Shown piece after piece: positions 1 to 9,938 of a stretch of DNA of 64,000 nt (its first letter is position 1; each line of letters opens with the position of its first letter). The notes under the pieces are model-generated. The model searched no databases. It was given only the letters and a program-made list of their open reading frames with translations, and was not told where the DNA came from. This stretch comes from a virus. The DNA is taken from the UHGV virus genome UHGV-1430452. One strand, given 5' to 3'. The position numbers were made by a program, and so were the translations under genes.

Positions 1-46
1 ATAATGATTATCACTGCTATTAAAATATCAATCATACTTACTCCTT

Positions 47-499
47 TCATCTATGCTGATCGCAGCACCCATTATCGTAATCGAATTCTTCTCGATCTAA
101 TGCGCAGTAATAGCCAGATATGTTATCGCAAGTCTCTTCATCATAATAGTCTTCAAAATCACAATGAACACACTCCCCGCAGCAATGTTTTTCTCTAATA
201 TCTTCAACATTCGCATACTCATCATCTCCGGTTAAACGTAATAATTCTTTAATCTCATCGTCTGTTAAATCGAGTTCACCAGAGTTAAGTCTACTTCTCA
301 AATATTCTGAAAATACAACATCCGAATTACTTGTATAATCAGAAATGATATCACCTAACTTGTCATAAGCATCCGGTCCTTCTCCATATTCCTCAGCACA
401 TTTCTTACTATTCGGAATATAGTACATACACTGATCTCCGGAAACATCACAATAGTATCTTCCTTCATCCGGATCAAATTTTGCAGCTTTACAAGACAT
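47..499 (-). CDS. Cys-rich hypothetical protein; start moved to internal Met preceded by RBS AAGGAG
   Basis: ORF 47..550 overlaps the upstream gene; the internal ATG (MSCKAAK...) has a good RBS; many CxxC pairs. Confidence 0.4.
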   Translation of the reverse strand: MSCKAAKFDPDEGRYYCDVSGDQCMYYIPNSKKCAEEYGEGPDAYDKLGDIISDYTSNSDVVFSEYLRSRLNSGELDLTDDEIKELLRLTGDDEYANVEDIREKHCCGECVHCDFEDYYDEETCDNISGYYCALDREEFDYDNGCCDQHR

Positions 500-518
500 A
501 GTTTTCTCCTTTCTACAA

Positions 519-803
519 TTAACAAAATTCAAGTCCATACCAAGTATCATTGATTTTAGTTACTTTTAATTTGTCTTCATAATACTCGTTTTTATAATTA
601 TCAATCAGCTTCTTTTTAGCTTTTGATAAATTTGTAAACCATTCCTTATCATACATATCGTAATCCCATTCCCAACTGTCTGGTTCAGTCGCTGTACCGA
701 AGCTATCAATAATAAAGCTATCCTTGCCTAAGAACCCGACAGTATCGACTAAGATACCATCGTCGTAAATACAATATACTTTTCTACCAAGCTTTGGTTT
801 CAT
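519..803 (-). CDS. hypothetical protein
   Basis: 94-aa ORF in compact minus-strand array. Confidence 0.4.
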   Translation of the reverse strand: MKPKLGRKVYCIYDDGILVDTVGFLGKDSFIIDSFGTATEPDSWEWDYDMYDKEWFTNLSKAKKKLIDNYKNEYYEDKLKVTKINDTWYGLEFC

Positions 804-1046
804 AGTTTCCCCTTTCCTATTTATTGCTCTTTAATTCGTTAGATAACGATAACACGATAAGTCCAGCAAATATCAACCAAGCATCCGGTGAAATATTTGA
901 AGTCTGTGCGTTAGTTCCAAAGACAAAACATAAAATTAATAGTATTAATATAGTAATCATATATTTATTCGAATCCTTTCCGTAAAAATAAAACAAAAGA
1001 GTCTCAACTAAATATCAATCTAGTTAAGACTCCTTTGTGTGATAAA

Positions 1047-1262
1047 TCATCTTTTTTTAGTAATCGGAATATTCAAATTCATACCACTCTCTTTCAAATC
1101 CTTACGGACATTATCGAATTCCTCTTTCCACTTATCAGTCCAGTCTCCGGCCTTTGTCTTTTCAGGTCTTGTGAACCTGATTTTAGACAGATCGCATCCC
1201 TTTTCTTTAAGTCCGTTTGCTACTTCGATAATTTCCTTAATAATTTTTCCATCAGTATTCAT
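1047..1262 (-). CDS. hypothetical protein
   Basis: 71-aa ORF; conserved upstream motif at 1298..1322 and RBS AAAGGAGG. Confidence 0.4.
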   Translation of the reverse strand: MNTDGKIIKEIIEVANGLKEKGCDLSKIRFTRPEKTKAGDWTDKWKEEFDNVRKDLKESGMNLNIPITKKR

Positions 1263-1322
1263 TTCAATTCCTCCTTTAATAAAAAAATGTTTTATTTCAT
1301 TAAAGTAGATGTTTTTTACGCG

Positions 1323-1580
1323 TTATTTCCTAATAAACTGTCCACATGATCCGCAATAATGATCATACTCAGCTGTAGGTATTGGTGCCTCGCATGTCGG
1401 ACATAATTTAAGAGATCCCTGGTCTGGATCGTCCGCCACTCGATATTTTAATTCACTAACTACTTCTGTAAAAAGATCGGCGTTAGGTCCACCGTTTTTA
1501 ATTTCCAAATCTCTAAGTTCTCTCATTCTATTTACAATATTGATTACTCTCTGATTTCTTTCTTCTAAATATTTTTTCAT
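1323..1580 (-). CDS. hypothetical protein with C-terminal zinc-ribbon (CxxC...CxxC)
   Basis: 85-aa ORF; C-terminus LCPTCE...YCGSCG. Confidence 0.45.
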   Translation of the reverse strand: MKKYLEERNQRVINIVNRMRELRDLEIKNGGPNADLFTEVVSELKYRVADDPDQGSLKLCPTCEAPIPTAEYDHYCGSCGQFIRK

Positions 1581-1581
1581 C

Positions 1582-2196
1582 TTATTTCTCCTTTCTTACT
1601 ACCCTAGCTCTCTCAAAAATATAATTGTTAATATTATCAGGACCGTTACCATAGCGTTGTACATATGGCACTCCTAAAACATTTCTACCATTTACAAATC
1701 TATGTTCTCCGATCCCGATAACTTCGTGTTTCTCATATCGTCCACTACTATTCATAATGAACACAATATCACCGACTTTAATCTCATTTACTGGAGTTTC
1801 TACAGCATCTAGGAATTCTCCGAGCTGTTCTTTTAATGGTTGACGAATATCAATCTCTTTAAGGAATTCGTCTAGATCATAACCTTCATGATAGTCTTCA
1901 CCACCAACATGTCTAACAATATCCCAGTCTTTTACGACATAAATACCATTATCCAACCAGTAATCCTCGACTTCACTTTCCCTTACATCAGTCTCAATTC
2001 CGATAGATAAGTTTCCACCAAAGAAATTACCTACGACCTGACAGAATCTAGCCATACCGTAGGAATCATCAAATCCTCTATGCTCTTTTAACTCACAGTA
2101 TTTAAGAAATGCAGTAACGCTATCAATACCTCCATTCCAATGCAAATATACTCCGATGTCTTTTCCTTCTGGTTTTACGATAGCTCTGTTACCCAT
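1582..2196 (-). CDS. hypothetical protein
   Basis: 204-aa ORF immediately upstream of, and probably coupled to, 1323..1580. Confidence 0.5.
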   Translation of the reverse strand: MGNRAIVKPEGKDIGVYLHWNGGIDSVTAFLKYCELKEHRGFDDSYGMARFCQVVGNFFGGNLSIGIETDVRESEVEDYWLDNGIYVVKDWDIVRHVGGEDYHEGYDLDEFLKEIDIRQPLKEQLGEFLDAVETPVNEIKVGDIVFIMNSSGRYEKHEVIGIGEHRFVNGRNVLGVPYVQRYGNGPDNINNYIFERARVVRKEK

Positions 2197-2219
2197 GTTA
2201 AGTCAGCTCCTAAGTTGAT

Positions 2220-2420
2220 TTATTTTAAAATGCCTTTATGTCTACATAACTCTAGCAACATTTCATTCTCTTCTTGTAAAGCCTCTAATTTATCGGCAGC
2301 ATTCTTACAGTAAATATGAATCGCATTAGACATTTTATCCGTTTCATCCAACGGAACTTTCGTTAATGGAAACATATTTACAAGCCAACGTAGAGACTTA
2401 GCTTCTGGTACTTCTTTCAT
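2220..2420 (-). CDS. hypothetical protein
   Basis: 66-aa ORF. Confidence 0.35.
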   Translation of the reverse strand: MKEVPEAKSLRWLVNMFPLTKVPLDETDKMSNAIHIYCKNAADKLEALQEENEMLLELCRHKGILK

Positions 2421-2451
2421 TCGTTTCTCCTTTCAAATATCAGCTCCTAAT

Positions 2452-2601
2452 TTAGTCTATCTTTACTATTTGTTCTATGCCGCCATCCCTAAGCTCACGA
2501 TTTACAACTTGTGCTCCGTAAATTTCAAAATAGTCTGATTCTACAATTTGCAAATCCTTTGGCAATTGTTCTAAAATATCGATAAGTTCACCTACTGTCA
2601 T
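2452..2601 (-). CDS. small hypothetical protein (49 aa), found by eye
   Basis: ATG preceded by GAAAGGAGAAACTAA; fills the gap between neighbouring genes; below the ORF-track size cutoff. Confidence 0.3.
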   Translation of the reverse strand: MTVGELIDILEQLPKDLQIVESDYFEIYGAQVVNRELRDGGIEQIVKID

Positions 2602-2626
2602 TTAGTTTCTCCTTTCAAATATCAAC

Positions 2627-2977
2627 TCACAAATCCTCATAGCTATGAGCAATCAATGCGTAAATACTTTTATCTAAAACAAACGCATTATCGCCATCAT
2701 TTCCGAAACCGATTACTCTATGATTCTTCAAGTTGTCACCGTGGAATTTCGCATCAATACAACTTTCATCTTTGCTAGTCTGCATAACACAAAAAGTGAC
2801 ATAATTATCGTTAGGAAGTTTTATAGATATAGTGTTCATCCAGTCTTTAGATTTATGGTCCAAATGAGACATATCAACTGTATAGTGATTACATTTGTTG
2901 AATGTCGGATAACCTAATTTCTCAGCTTCCTCGATTGAACATTTAGTAAATATCAATTCTTTTTGTGTTGCTTCCAT
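2627..2977 (-). CDS. hypothetical protein
   Basis: 116-aa ORF. Confidence 0.45.
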   Translation of the reverse strand: MEATQKELIFTKCSIEEAEKLGYPTFNKCNHYTVDMSHLDHKSKDWMNTISIKLPNDNYVTFCVMQTSKDESCIDAKFHGDNLKNHRVIGFGNDGDNAFVLDKSIYALIAHSYEDL

Positions 2978-3066
2978 TGTTGGTCAGCTCCCTAAGTTAG
3001 TTTTAATGCTTAACATTAAATATAAAAAGAAGAAGCCCCAGCTAAATATAGCCAGAGCTTCATACT

Positions 3067-3321
3067 TTACTTGCAATGAAATCCCATTACTACTTTTTCT
3101 TCAGATTCATTTTCCTTATTTTCTTCCGGTTCAACTTTGATTTTCGCTTTCTCGCATACCTCCTGTGCGATTTCGTTACCTTCTTTAGCAGCAAACTTCA
3201 ATGTACCAAGGCCGATACCTGTAATAACTGCCTGAGCCATTTCCGCTGCAAACTTACCCATAGCAACTCCAAATGACACTGCAAATGCTGCTTTGCGTAA
3301 ATCTTTAAATTGTCCATTCAT
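3067..3321 (-). CDS. hypothetical protein
   Basis: 84-aa ORF; conserved motif at 3358..3382 upstream. Confidence 0.4.
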   Translation of the reverse strand: MNGQFKDLRKAAFAVSFGVAMGKFAAEMAQAVITGIGLGTLKFAAKEGNEIAQEVCEKAKIKVEPEENKENESEEKVVMGFHCK

Positions 3322-3357
3322 TTTAAGTTCCTCCTTTAAGAAATATAGACTTCATTC

Positions 3358-3382
3358 CATTAAAGGCGATGTTTATGTCGCG
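3358..3382 (-). promoter_or_regulatory. Instance of conserved promoter-like motif
   Basis: CATTAAAGGCGATGTTTATGTCGCG upstream of 3067..3321. Confidence 0.45.
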
Positions 3383-3384
3383 TA

Positions 3385-3714
3385 TTATCTATTTTTCTTA
3401 CCGTAAGCGGAATAATCCCTACGCTTTGGAGTTACTGGTGCTTCTGGTTTTTCCGGACTTTCTTCCACCACCTCAACAGCATCGACGGGAGTGTCTGGCT
3501 TCTCTTCTTTTTTGACTTCTCCGTATGCGCTGCTAGTCTCGACTTTCTTACCGTTAACTCTTTTCTTCCATTCACAATCAAACTCTTCATCGATGCCAGA
3601 CTTGTAAGAAAACGTGCAAATATACTCCTGTCCTGTTTTTGAATCTGTGTAAATATCACCGATAGCTCCTTCTGTTCTTCTTGTTGGTGCTCCTACTCCT
3701 GTTAATTTAGCCAT
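3385..3714 (-). CDS. hypothetical protein
   Basis: 109-aa ORF, charged and Pro-rich C-terminal half. Confidence 0.4.
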   Translation of the reverse strand: MAKLTGVGAPTRRTEGAIGDIYTDSKTGQEYICTFSYKSGIDEEFDCEWKKRVNGKKVETSSAYGEVKKEEKPDTPVDAVEVVEESPEKPEAPVTPKRRDYSAYGKKNR

Positions 3715-3733
3715 TGATATTATCCTCCATAAT

Positions 3734-3952
3734 TTAAACTTTTTCTATTTTGCATTCATCACTGAGTAACCAGTTAAGACTTACTCCAGATAAACAAGGG
3801 TGTGGTGCAAAACCAGGTAATTTGATTAATGAACCCTGCTTACTATCGAAATAATAAATATCGTTACTCTTCTGATTTGTAAATCTGAAGTATTCAGACG
3901 GCCCAATACCGAGCCGCCTTCTGATTAAAAATATAATTAATCTATTTAACAT
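3734..3952 (-). CDS. hypothetical protein
   Basis: 72-aa ORF. Confidence 0.3.
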   Translation of the reverse strand: MLNRLIIFLIRRRLGIGPSEYFRFTNQKSNDIYYFDSKQGSLIKLPGFAPHPCLSGVSLNWLLSDECKIEKV

Positions 3953-3967
3953 ATCGCTCCTTTCTGA

Positions 3968-4465
3968 TTACTCTTCCGGATGTTCCTCCGCTGCAAATCT
4001 GGATGAGAATCTGTCAATATCCTGAGTTACACACATTGACTGCAAATATGCTGCACGGAATGGTTTACCGTTAATCTCAGAATCATACGGTCTGATATCA
4101 AGATCGACACTTGCAATATCAATTTCGTCGAGCATGGATACTGTTTCTTCATCAAGTTTGACTCTATTTCTACCAGACTGAAGATATACAATAGGGCCTC
4201 TGTCGTTAAATTTGACTTTAACTGGAAGATAGATAAATGGTTCATCTCCATCTTCTCTTGGCGGTTTGATCTTTACATTCCATCCTGCTCCAAACTTATT
4301 TACATCATTCTGCAAAGCTTCTGCCATTTCTTCGTTAGGGATAATCAAAGCGAAGTTACGGTCTCCTTCTTTGTTGAATTTACCGCCTTCTCCTCTGAAG
4401 TTTCTGAAAATGATTCTTGCGTCATCGATCTGTAATACTCCTCTTGGTGCGAATGTTAATTCCAT
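3968..4465 (-). CDS. hypothetical protein; possibly an ssDNA-binding or recombination-associated protein (acidic C-terminal tail)
   Basis: 165-aa ORF next to the replication gene; acidic tail ...FAAEEHPEE; functional guess is weak. Confidence 0.4.
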   Translation of the reverse strand: MELTFAPRGVLQIDDARIIFRNFRGEGGKFNKEGDRNFALIIPNEEMAEALQNDVNKFGAGWNVKIKPPREDGDEPFIYLPVKVKFNDRGPIVYLQSGRNRVKLDEETVSMLDEIDIASVDLDIRPYDSEINGKPFRAAYLQSMCVTQDIDRFSSRFAAEEHPEE

Positions 4466-4655
4466 AATGTTAATCTCCTTTTAAATAAATATAGTTTTTA
4501 ATGGATTTGATTTAATTGCTGCGTTGGACTTTTGTTTAACTTCCTCGCATATGATTGCTCCTTTCTTGTGATAGAAAAACAAAAAGAGTCTCAACCATAA
4601 TCGGTCAAGACTCCTTATCTCTTCATTAAAGCCGTTGTATTTTTCGCGATTCGTA

Positions 4656-4946
4656 CTATCGTAAAGATTTTGGGACAAGGCTTTTGATAATCTTTTTCTG
4701 ATGCTCGTCCAGATCGTGATATAGAGTGAAACCCGTTGCCCCATTATACTCATCGCCAAACTGTTTGTAGTACATAGATTGTTTCCATAACTCCGGATAC
4801 TCTTTTTTGTACTTTGCGAGTTCTTTTGCTTTCTTGTCATACTGTTTATCCGAAATTATATTATTATCTAACTCGTAATAAATATATGAATGAAGTATGA
4901 TATATCTTTGCAAGTAATCTATGTATTCGAGGGTTGTTAGTTCCAT
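4656..4946 (-). CDS. hypothetical protein
   Basis: 96-aa ORF overlapping the 3' end of the replication gene by a few nt. Confidence 0.4.
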   Translation of the reverse strand: MELTTLEYIDYLQRYIILHSYIYYELDNNIISDKQYDKKAKELAKYKKEYPELWKQSMYYKQFGDEYNGATGFTLYHDLDEHQKKIIKSLVPKSLR

Positions 4947-7900
4947 GGCAGCTCTACATCTTCATCATCGAATGGAATTTCCTCAGGAGATCCTTCCGGT
5001 ATGTTCATGAAGTCTGGTAAATGAGAATCTCTAAAAGGAGGTTCATGCCGATCTGAAGCATCCCAAGGCGGAGTACCAACATATGGATCGTCTGATATGA
5101 ACCACTCAGCGTCTCCGTATTGACCAATAGTTTCAAGAGCATCATCCACAAGCTTTCGATAATATGAACGATCAATATTTTCTTCATTTCCCGGAGACAT
5201 CATTAACTCGGATTCAAGCCAACGGAAACCAGTTGTTCCTGTAGCTGCATAATATTTACCGTTCTGTTCTCGCATCAATAGTCCTCCACCCTTTCCAGGC
5301 TTAACCGGACAAAATTGCCCAACTTTACCTACGAAATGATAGTCATGACCTTCAGCTATTAAATCGTTTAATCTTCGACACTCACTTTCGAAAGTTGTGT
5401 CCGATAACTTACCTTTCCTGTACTTATCTTCAAGTTTGGATAGTTCTTTTTCATACTCGGATACATCTGGAAGTTTTTCGTTCATATCCAAATATAAAGC
5501 AGATTTTACTGAGAATGCTTCGCACATATCTTTCAACTCAATTGGTTCTTTACTGAACAGTGTTTTAAATACATACGGAACTGCAAACTGTTTTCCAGTA
5601 GCTGTCCATTCTCCGGCATTCTTTCCATCTTTAAACCTAGCCACGTACACAGCATCATTTACTAAACAGAATTTTTCAAAGTTAGCCTCTGTTTCAAATG
5701 TATATCCGTATTCTTTACCGAATTTGGTTACGAAATCAATAATATCAGGAGTAGCATCGGGTATCTTTATGGAATCTGTCTTGATATGACAAACAGTAAA
5801 TCCTCGTTTCTGAACTTCTCTTTTCAATAATGTCATGAAGAGAGCTCCTCTTTTGGCAACAATGTTATCCTTATTTCTAGGATCTCTAAATTCATTTACG
5901 AAGCCAGCTGATGTCAAACCATAAATGGAATTGATAACAATCTTAAGTGCCTGCGCTAAATCAGCAGCCTGTTCTTCATTTAAGTATGGTTTCAACGCTC
6001 CACCTAATAATTGTCCAGCTGTTTCAAAGTCTTTATGCTTAATTGCAACACGAGCTTTTACAATATCCTCAAACCGTTTTGTATATTCTGGTCCAAATAG
6101 ACATTCGAATATAATACTGTGAGGATGCTGAGAAGCAATGTCTCCATCCCATACATTACCGTAATGCCCAGGTTCAGAGTAAACCCGACCGCCTTCTCCA
6201 ATGGCTTCGCCTAAATATGTTGATTTACCAAACTCAAAAGTATAGCCTTTAAAGAATGGAAGAATGCTATAACCTTCTGGAAGCTTTTCGCCAGGAACGT
6301 AAGATCGATATAATGGAAGACCCTCAGAATCAAATACTCTGAAATCATAATCATCTCCGAATTTAATTCTATATTCATCATAACGATCTGAGCTAACCGG
6401 TTCCGCCAAGTATCTATAGTTGAATACATTCTGCGGTTTTTTATTATTTCCAAATATAATTCTTTTAGAAAGAGTATTTGTCGTATCATTAACTGTAACG
6501 TTTGTAATATCATGTAAGAGTTTTACAAGATCAACCTGAATCTGTCTAGCAACAAAGTCTGCTTTTCTTGCATTGAATACAGCTTCCGTCGCAATGACAT
6601 CATTATCGCAATACTCAGCAACCTTTGCCCATAATTCTTCTGGAACTGGTTGATCCCAAGGAAGACCAAGCTCTTGATGATGAATACCCAGTTCAATCTC
6701 CCATTTCTTTAAACTCTGTTTCACAGTTGACATATCATATACATCAATGTAACCAAGATTATATGCCTCACCAAACATGCCATTATCACGGCTTCCCTTT
6801 GGAGCATTAATAATTCTTTGAGATAACTTATATATTTCCTCATTTGTGTATCCCATAAGTCTAGCATAAATGATATGTCTGTCGTATTTACGTCCATTAA
6901 AATCAACAAGTTTAAACTTTAGAAGATTTTCTATTTCTGCTGGTGTAGGATTAATTAATCTAACTACTGTTTTTCCTTCTCCAGCAAACTTATAGTTTAC
7001 CAAAAATAAATTTGGGAATACCTCACAATCATAGAATACAAGATCGTCAGTATCACCCTCATTACTTGTCTCTGAAGCCTCTTCACTCTTAAACGCCATC
7101 TGATTAACTAACTTCAAACACTCATCAGCCTGGTTACTACTACTCGCCGCCAAAGCAAATACAGCATTTTTCATATCAGACACATCATATCCAATACCAC
7201 TCTCATAAGCCTCATCCAAAAGTTTCTTAATCATTTGAATACTTGGAGCTGTGTTACCCATAATTTCTTTATTCAGATGTTTCTTAAGAACGGATCTCAA
7301 ATATTTCTCATTCTTAATACCATCAAAGTTAATCACATTTTTCACCTCTTTCAACGGAAGACCTGAGCTAATTGTACGAATAACAAGATTGACACACTTA
7401 GTAAGTTTTCTTCTAAGAGATGTTTTACCGGTAAATACCTTAATCTCGATATCCTCATCAAATATACGACTTAATTCACTCACATCACCGTTATAAATAT
7501 AATGAAGATGAATACCTCCACCACTTTTGCTTAACTCAGCATATGTTGGAGGCCATTTACTAGCTGCTTCAAGATTCTTCTCGAAACATTTATTACCATT
7601 CTCGTCCTTAATATCAAAGTCAATAACTACATGATTTTCAGGGACCTTGACGTAATGAAGTTTTGATGTGTCAAGTTCTGATAGGGTAGTTGAAACTTCA
7701 TCCCATGGCTTCGTCGGAGTTTCTTTTGAAGTAGCATATTGAGCTGGACAATCAGAACATTCTTTATCAAAAATAGACTCCTGTTCTTCAAATATAAGCC
7801 AGCTCTCAGTTTTCTCATCTCCAATAGGTTTCTCTGCTTTAACCTTTTTCTTCCCACCAATAGAGTCTTCGAAAATATCAGTCTTAAAACCGTCGTAATA

Positions 7901-9163
7901 ACTCAGCAGCTTACTTCCATCTTCTTTCTCCACCTTCTCATCAAATTCCAAAAAATAGTTTCTCAACTCGTCTTTGAATTTTGTCTTAGAAAATGGATAC
8001 GGCACTTTTGCTTCCTCACAGTAGTTTTTATACATCTCCCATGCTGCTTTTAGCGTAGTACCATCTTCTTTCTTGAAGACACTGAATGAATCACATACGA
8101 AGTTATAAAAGTCATTAGAAGCCATAAGCATGTCCTTCGGAGCGTAAGTATCGTAATACTCTGGATCTTCTTTAAAGACTTGTAAACAATGATATGCGAT
8201 TGCTCCCAACTCAAAATCAACCTGTTTGGTCAATCTACGATATTCTCGAATCGGTATCTTGTTTCCAGTAGGACGAACGTCAATCAAACGCCTTAGTAAA
8301 CCAGACTTAGCATCAGTGATCTTAACAGGTGTGTTTGTACCCATAAATAAAAAACATTTGAATCTTGTTTCATATTGTCCTTTAAATTTTTCATTCATGG
8401 TCATTATCTCGTGTGAAATCACCGAGTTTAAGCGCGTATTATCTTCGATTTTTGATAAATCACCATCATGTTGTATCGCTACAAGAGGGTTATTCTTAAA
8501 CGGTTCCAGAGCGAAAACATTATTCGGATTACCCAAAGCTTTTGCGTCAAAAGAACAACAATATCCTTCAAATAATTTCTCGATAATATTTATGATAGTT
8601 GATTTACCAGTACCACCAGCTCCGTAAAGCACCAGGAACTTTTGAAGTATTTTTGATTCCCCAGATACAACGGAGCCGATAGCCCATTCTATTTTACGTC
8701 GTTCTTCTTCGGAATATAGAGTACCGATGAGTTTATCCCATGCAGAAATATCGCCAGGTTCGAGAGGATACGGGAGTCTCTTGCTTGCGAAATTCTCTCT
8801 GCTTAATTCTGTGTTTGAAAATATAAGTTCATCATCGAGTACAGCAAAGTTATCACGCATCTGTTTCTGACAATATTTATGGAACTTATCGATTGAGCCA
8901 CTGTCAGCATCCCACATATACTTAATTACAGGAGTACCTTCAAGACGTCCTTCATTTTCAGCGACATATCTATCAAGTTCTCTATCTACAAGACGGGTTA
9001 CATCGTCTTCATCTGTACTCCACATCTTTCGATCTTCATCCCAGATAGCGTAAAAGTCCCTACCTCGAATCATGAGATCTTTAGATTTCAACATTTTGAA
9101 CTTAGGAGAAACATCAACACTGCTTTTATTCGTCTTCGTTGATACTGTCATGAAGTCCAACAT
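4937..9163 (-). CDS. Multidomain replication protein: SF3/D5-like helicase P-loop, primase-polymerase-like domain and family-B DNA polymerase (exonuclease + polymerase motifs)
   Basis: 1408 aa; Walker A VLYGAGGTGKST; prim-pol-like VIDFDIKD and SGGGIHLHY; Exo I YDCEVF, Exo II YCDNDVIAT; PolB motif B KIVINSIYG; motif C IKTDSI. Confidence 0.85.
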   Translation of the reverse strand: MLDFMTVSTKTNKSSVDVSPKFKMLKSKDLMIRGRDFYAIWDEDRKMWSTDEDDVTRLVDRELDRYVAENEGRLEGTPVIKYMWDADSGSIDKFHKYCQKQMRDNFAVLDDELIFSNTELSRENFASKRLPYPLEPGDISAWDKLIGTLYSEEERRKIEWAIGSVVSGESKILQKFLVLYGAGGTGKSTIINIIEKLFEGYCCSFDAKALGNPNNVFALEPFKNNPLVAIQHDGDLSKIEDNTRLNSVISHEIMTMNEKFKGQYETRFKCFLFMGTNTPVKITDAKSGLLRRLIDVRPTGNKIPIREYRRLTKQVDFELGAIAYHCLQVFKEDPEYYDTYAPKDMLMASNDFYNFVCDSFSVFKKEDGTTLKAAWEMYKNYCEEAKVPYPFSKTKFKDELRNYFLEFDEKVEKEDGSKLLSYYDGFKTDIFEDSIGGKKKVKAEKPIGDEKTESWLIFEEQESIFDKECSDCPAQYATSKETPTKPWDEVSTTLSELDTSKLHYVKVPENHVVIDFDIKDENGNKCFEKNLEAASKWPPTYAELSKSGGGIHLHYIYNGDVSELSRIFDEDIEIKVFTGKTSLRRKLTKCVNLVIRTISSGLPLKEVKNVINFDGIKNEKYLRSVLKKHLNKEIMGNTAPSIQMIKKLLDEAYESGIGYDVSDMKNAVFALAASSSNQADECLKLVNQMAFKSEEASETSNEGDTDDLVFYDCEVFPNLFLVNYKFAGEGKTVVRLINPTPAEIENLLKFKLVDFNGRKYDRHIIYARLMGYTNEEIYKLSQRIINAPKGSRDNGMFGEAYNLGYIDVYDMSTVKQSLKKWEIELGIHHQELGLPWDQPVPEELWAKVAEYCDNDVIATEAVFNARKADFVARQIQVDLVKLLHDITNVTVNDTTNTLSKRIIFGNNKKPQNVFNYRYLAEPVSSDRYDEYRIKFGDDYDFRVFDSEGLPLYRSYVPGEKLPEGYSILPFFKGYTFEFGKSTYLGEAIGEGGRVYSEPGHYGNVWDGDIASQHPHSIIFECLFGPEYTKRFEDIVKARVAIKHKDFETAGQLLGGALKPYLNEEQAADLAQALKIVINSIYGLTSAGFVNEFRDPRNKDNIVAKRGALFMTLLKREVQKRGFTVCHIKTDSIKIPDATPDIIDFVTKFGKEYGYTFETEANFEKFCLVNDAVYVARFKDGKNAGEWTATGKQFAVPYVFKTLFSKEPIELKDMCEAFSVKSALYLDMNEKLPDVSEYEKELSKLEDKYRKGKLSDTTFESECRRLNDLIAEGHDYHFVGKVGQFCPVKPGKGGGLLMREQNGKYYAATGTTGFRWLESELMMSPGNEENIDRSYYRKLVDDALETIGQYGDAEWFISDDPYVGTPPWDASDRHEPPFRDSHLPDFMNIPEGSPEEIPFDDEDVELPWN

Positions 9164-9374
9164 TCATCTTATGGCCTCCTTTCATTTTTTTAATATATGA
9201 TTCTAATGTTTCATAGCACCAGTCATAAAAATTATGGTAAGTAAAAACAAAATCCGAGCCGCTTTTTATGCGAACTCGGACACTATCTTTACCGTTGGGG
9301 AACCAGTCTTCTACATGAATTGCAATTTCCGGAAATTGTTTGCTAAATTGTTTATATACATCTTCGTGCTTCAT
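9126..9374 (-). CDS. hypothetical protein
   Basis: 82-aa ORF whose 3' end overlaps the polymerase start, suggesting translational coupling. Confidence 0.4.
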   Translation of the reverse strand: MKHEDVYKQFSKQFPEIAIHVEDWFPNGKDSVRVRIKSGSDFVFTYHNFYDWCYETLESYIKKMKGGHKMNVGLHDSINEDE

Positions 9375-9383
9375 ATCTTACCT

Positions 9384-9938
9384 CTAAACAAAAGTATCTA
9401 AATACCATAACATTTGAATCCAGATTTCAAATTTACGTAAGTCATGATCGCAATTCTTAACTCTGAATAATCCACCGCGGCCGTCGGGTTCATATTCACG
9501 TTTGAGAAATGTGTTGATCACTTCTCTAACATACTTTTTATCAAACCTGGAATCATACATACCGCCCAAACCGAGATTTACGATCATCTTCCAGAACCAT
9601 TGTCCTGTTCTATCGCCGACACTCGGATCGTCCATAATATCTTCGCAACGAATTGCAAGAGCTATTATCATTTCTAGGATACTACATGGACGAGATAACA
9701 TATCGACGATAACTTCTCGGCTTTCAGGGCTGTATATTTCATAAGCAAACCGACTTCTCAGATTTTCTCCGTCAGTTTCTCTGTTCTCATCTTTTGGGAT
9801 GCTGTATCTGAATTCAATCTCATGTAAATATTCCAAAAGCTTTTTATATGAATTTGCTTTGGCATATCTACCACTGCATACCAGATTATACATCCACTCG
9901 AAATATTCTATCTCAATTTCAGTCCTCGTCACCGCCAA
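9384..9938 (-). CDS. hypothetical protein
   Basis: 184-aa ORF. Confidence 0.45.
   Translation of the reverse strand: MAVTRTEIEIEYFEWMYNLVCSGRYAKANSYKKLLEYLHEIEFRYSIPKDENRETDGENLRSRFAYEIYSPESREVIVDMLSRPCSILEMIIALAIRCEDIMDDPSVGDRTGQWFWKMIVNLGLGGMYDSRFDKKYVREVINTFLKREYEPDGRGGLFRVKNCDHDLRKFEIWIQMLWYLDTFV

Noticed and set aside
4481-4840. 119-aa minus-strand ORF
   Set aside because: Overlaps gene 4656..4946 in another frame and spans an intergenic region containing a promoter-like motif and a terminator-like hairpin.
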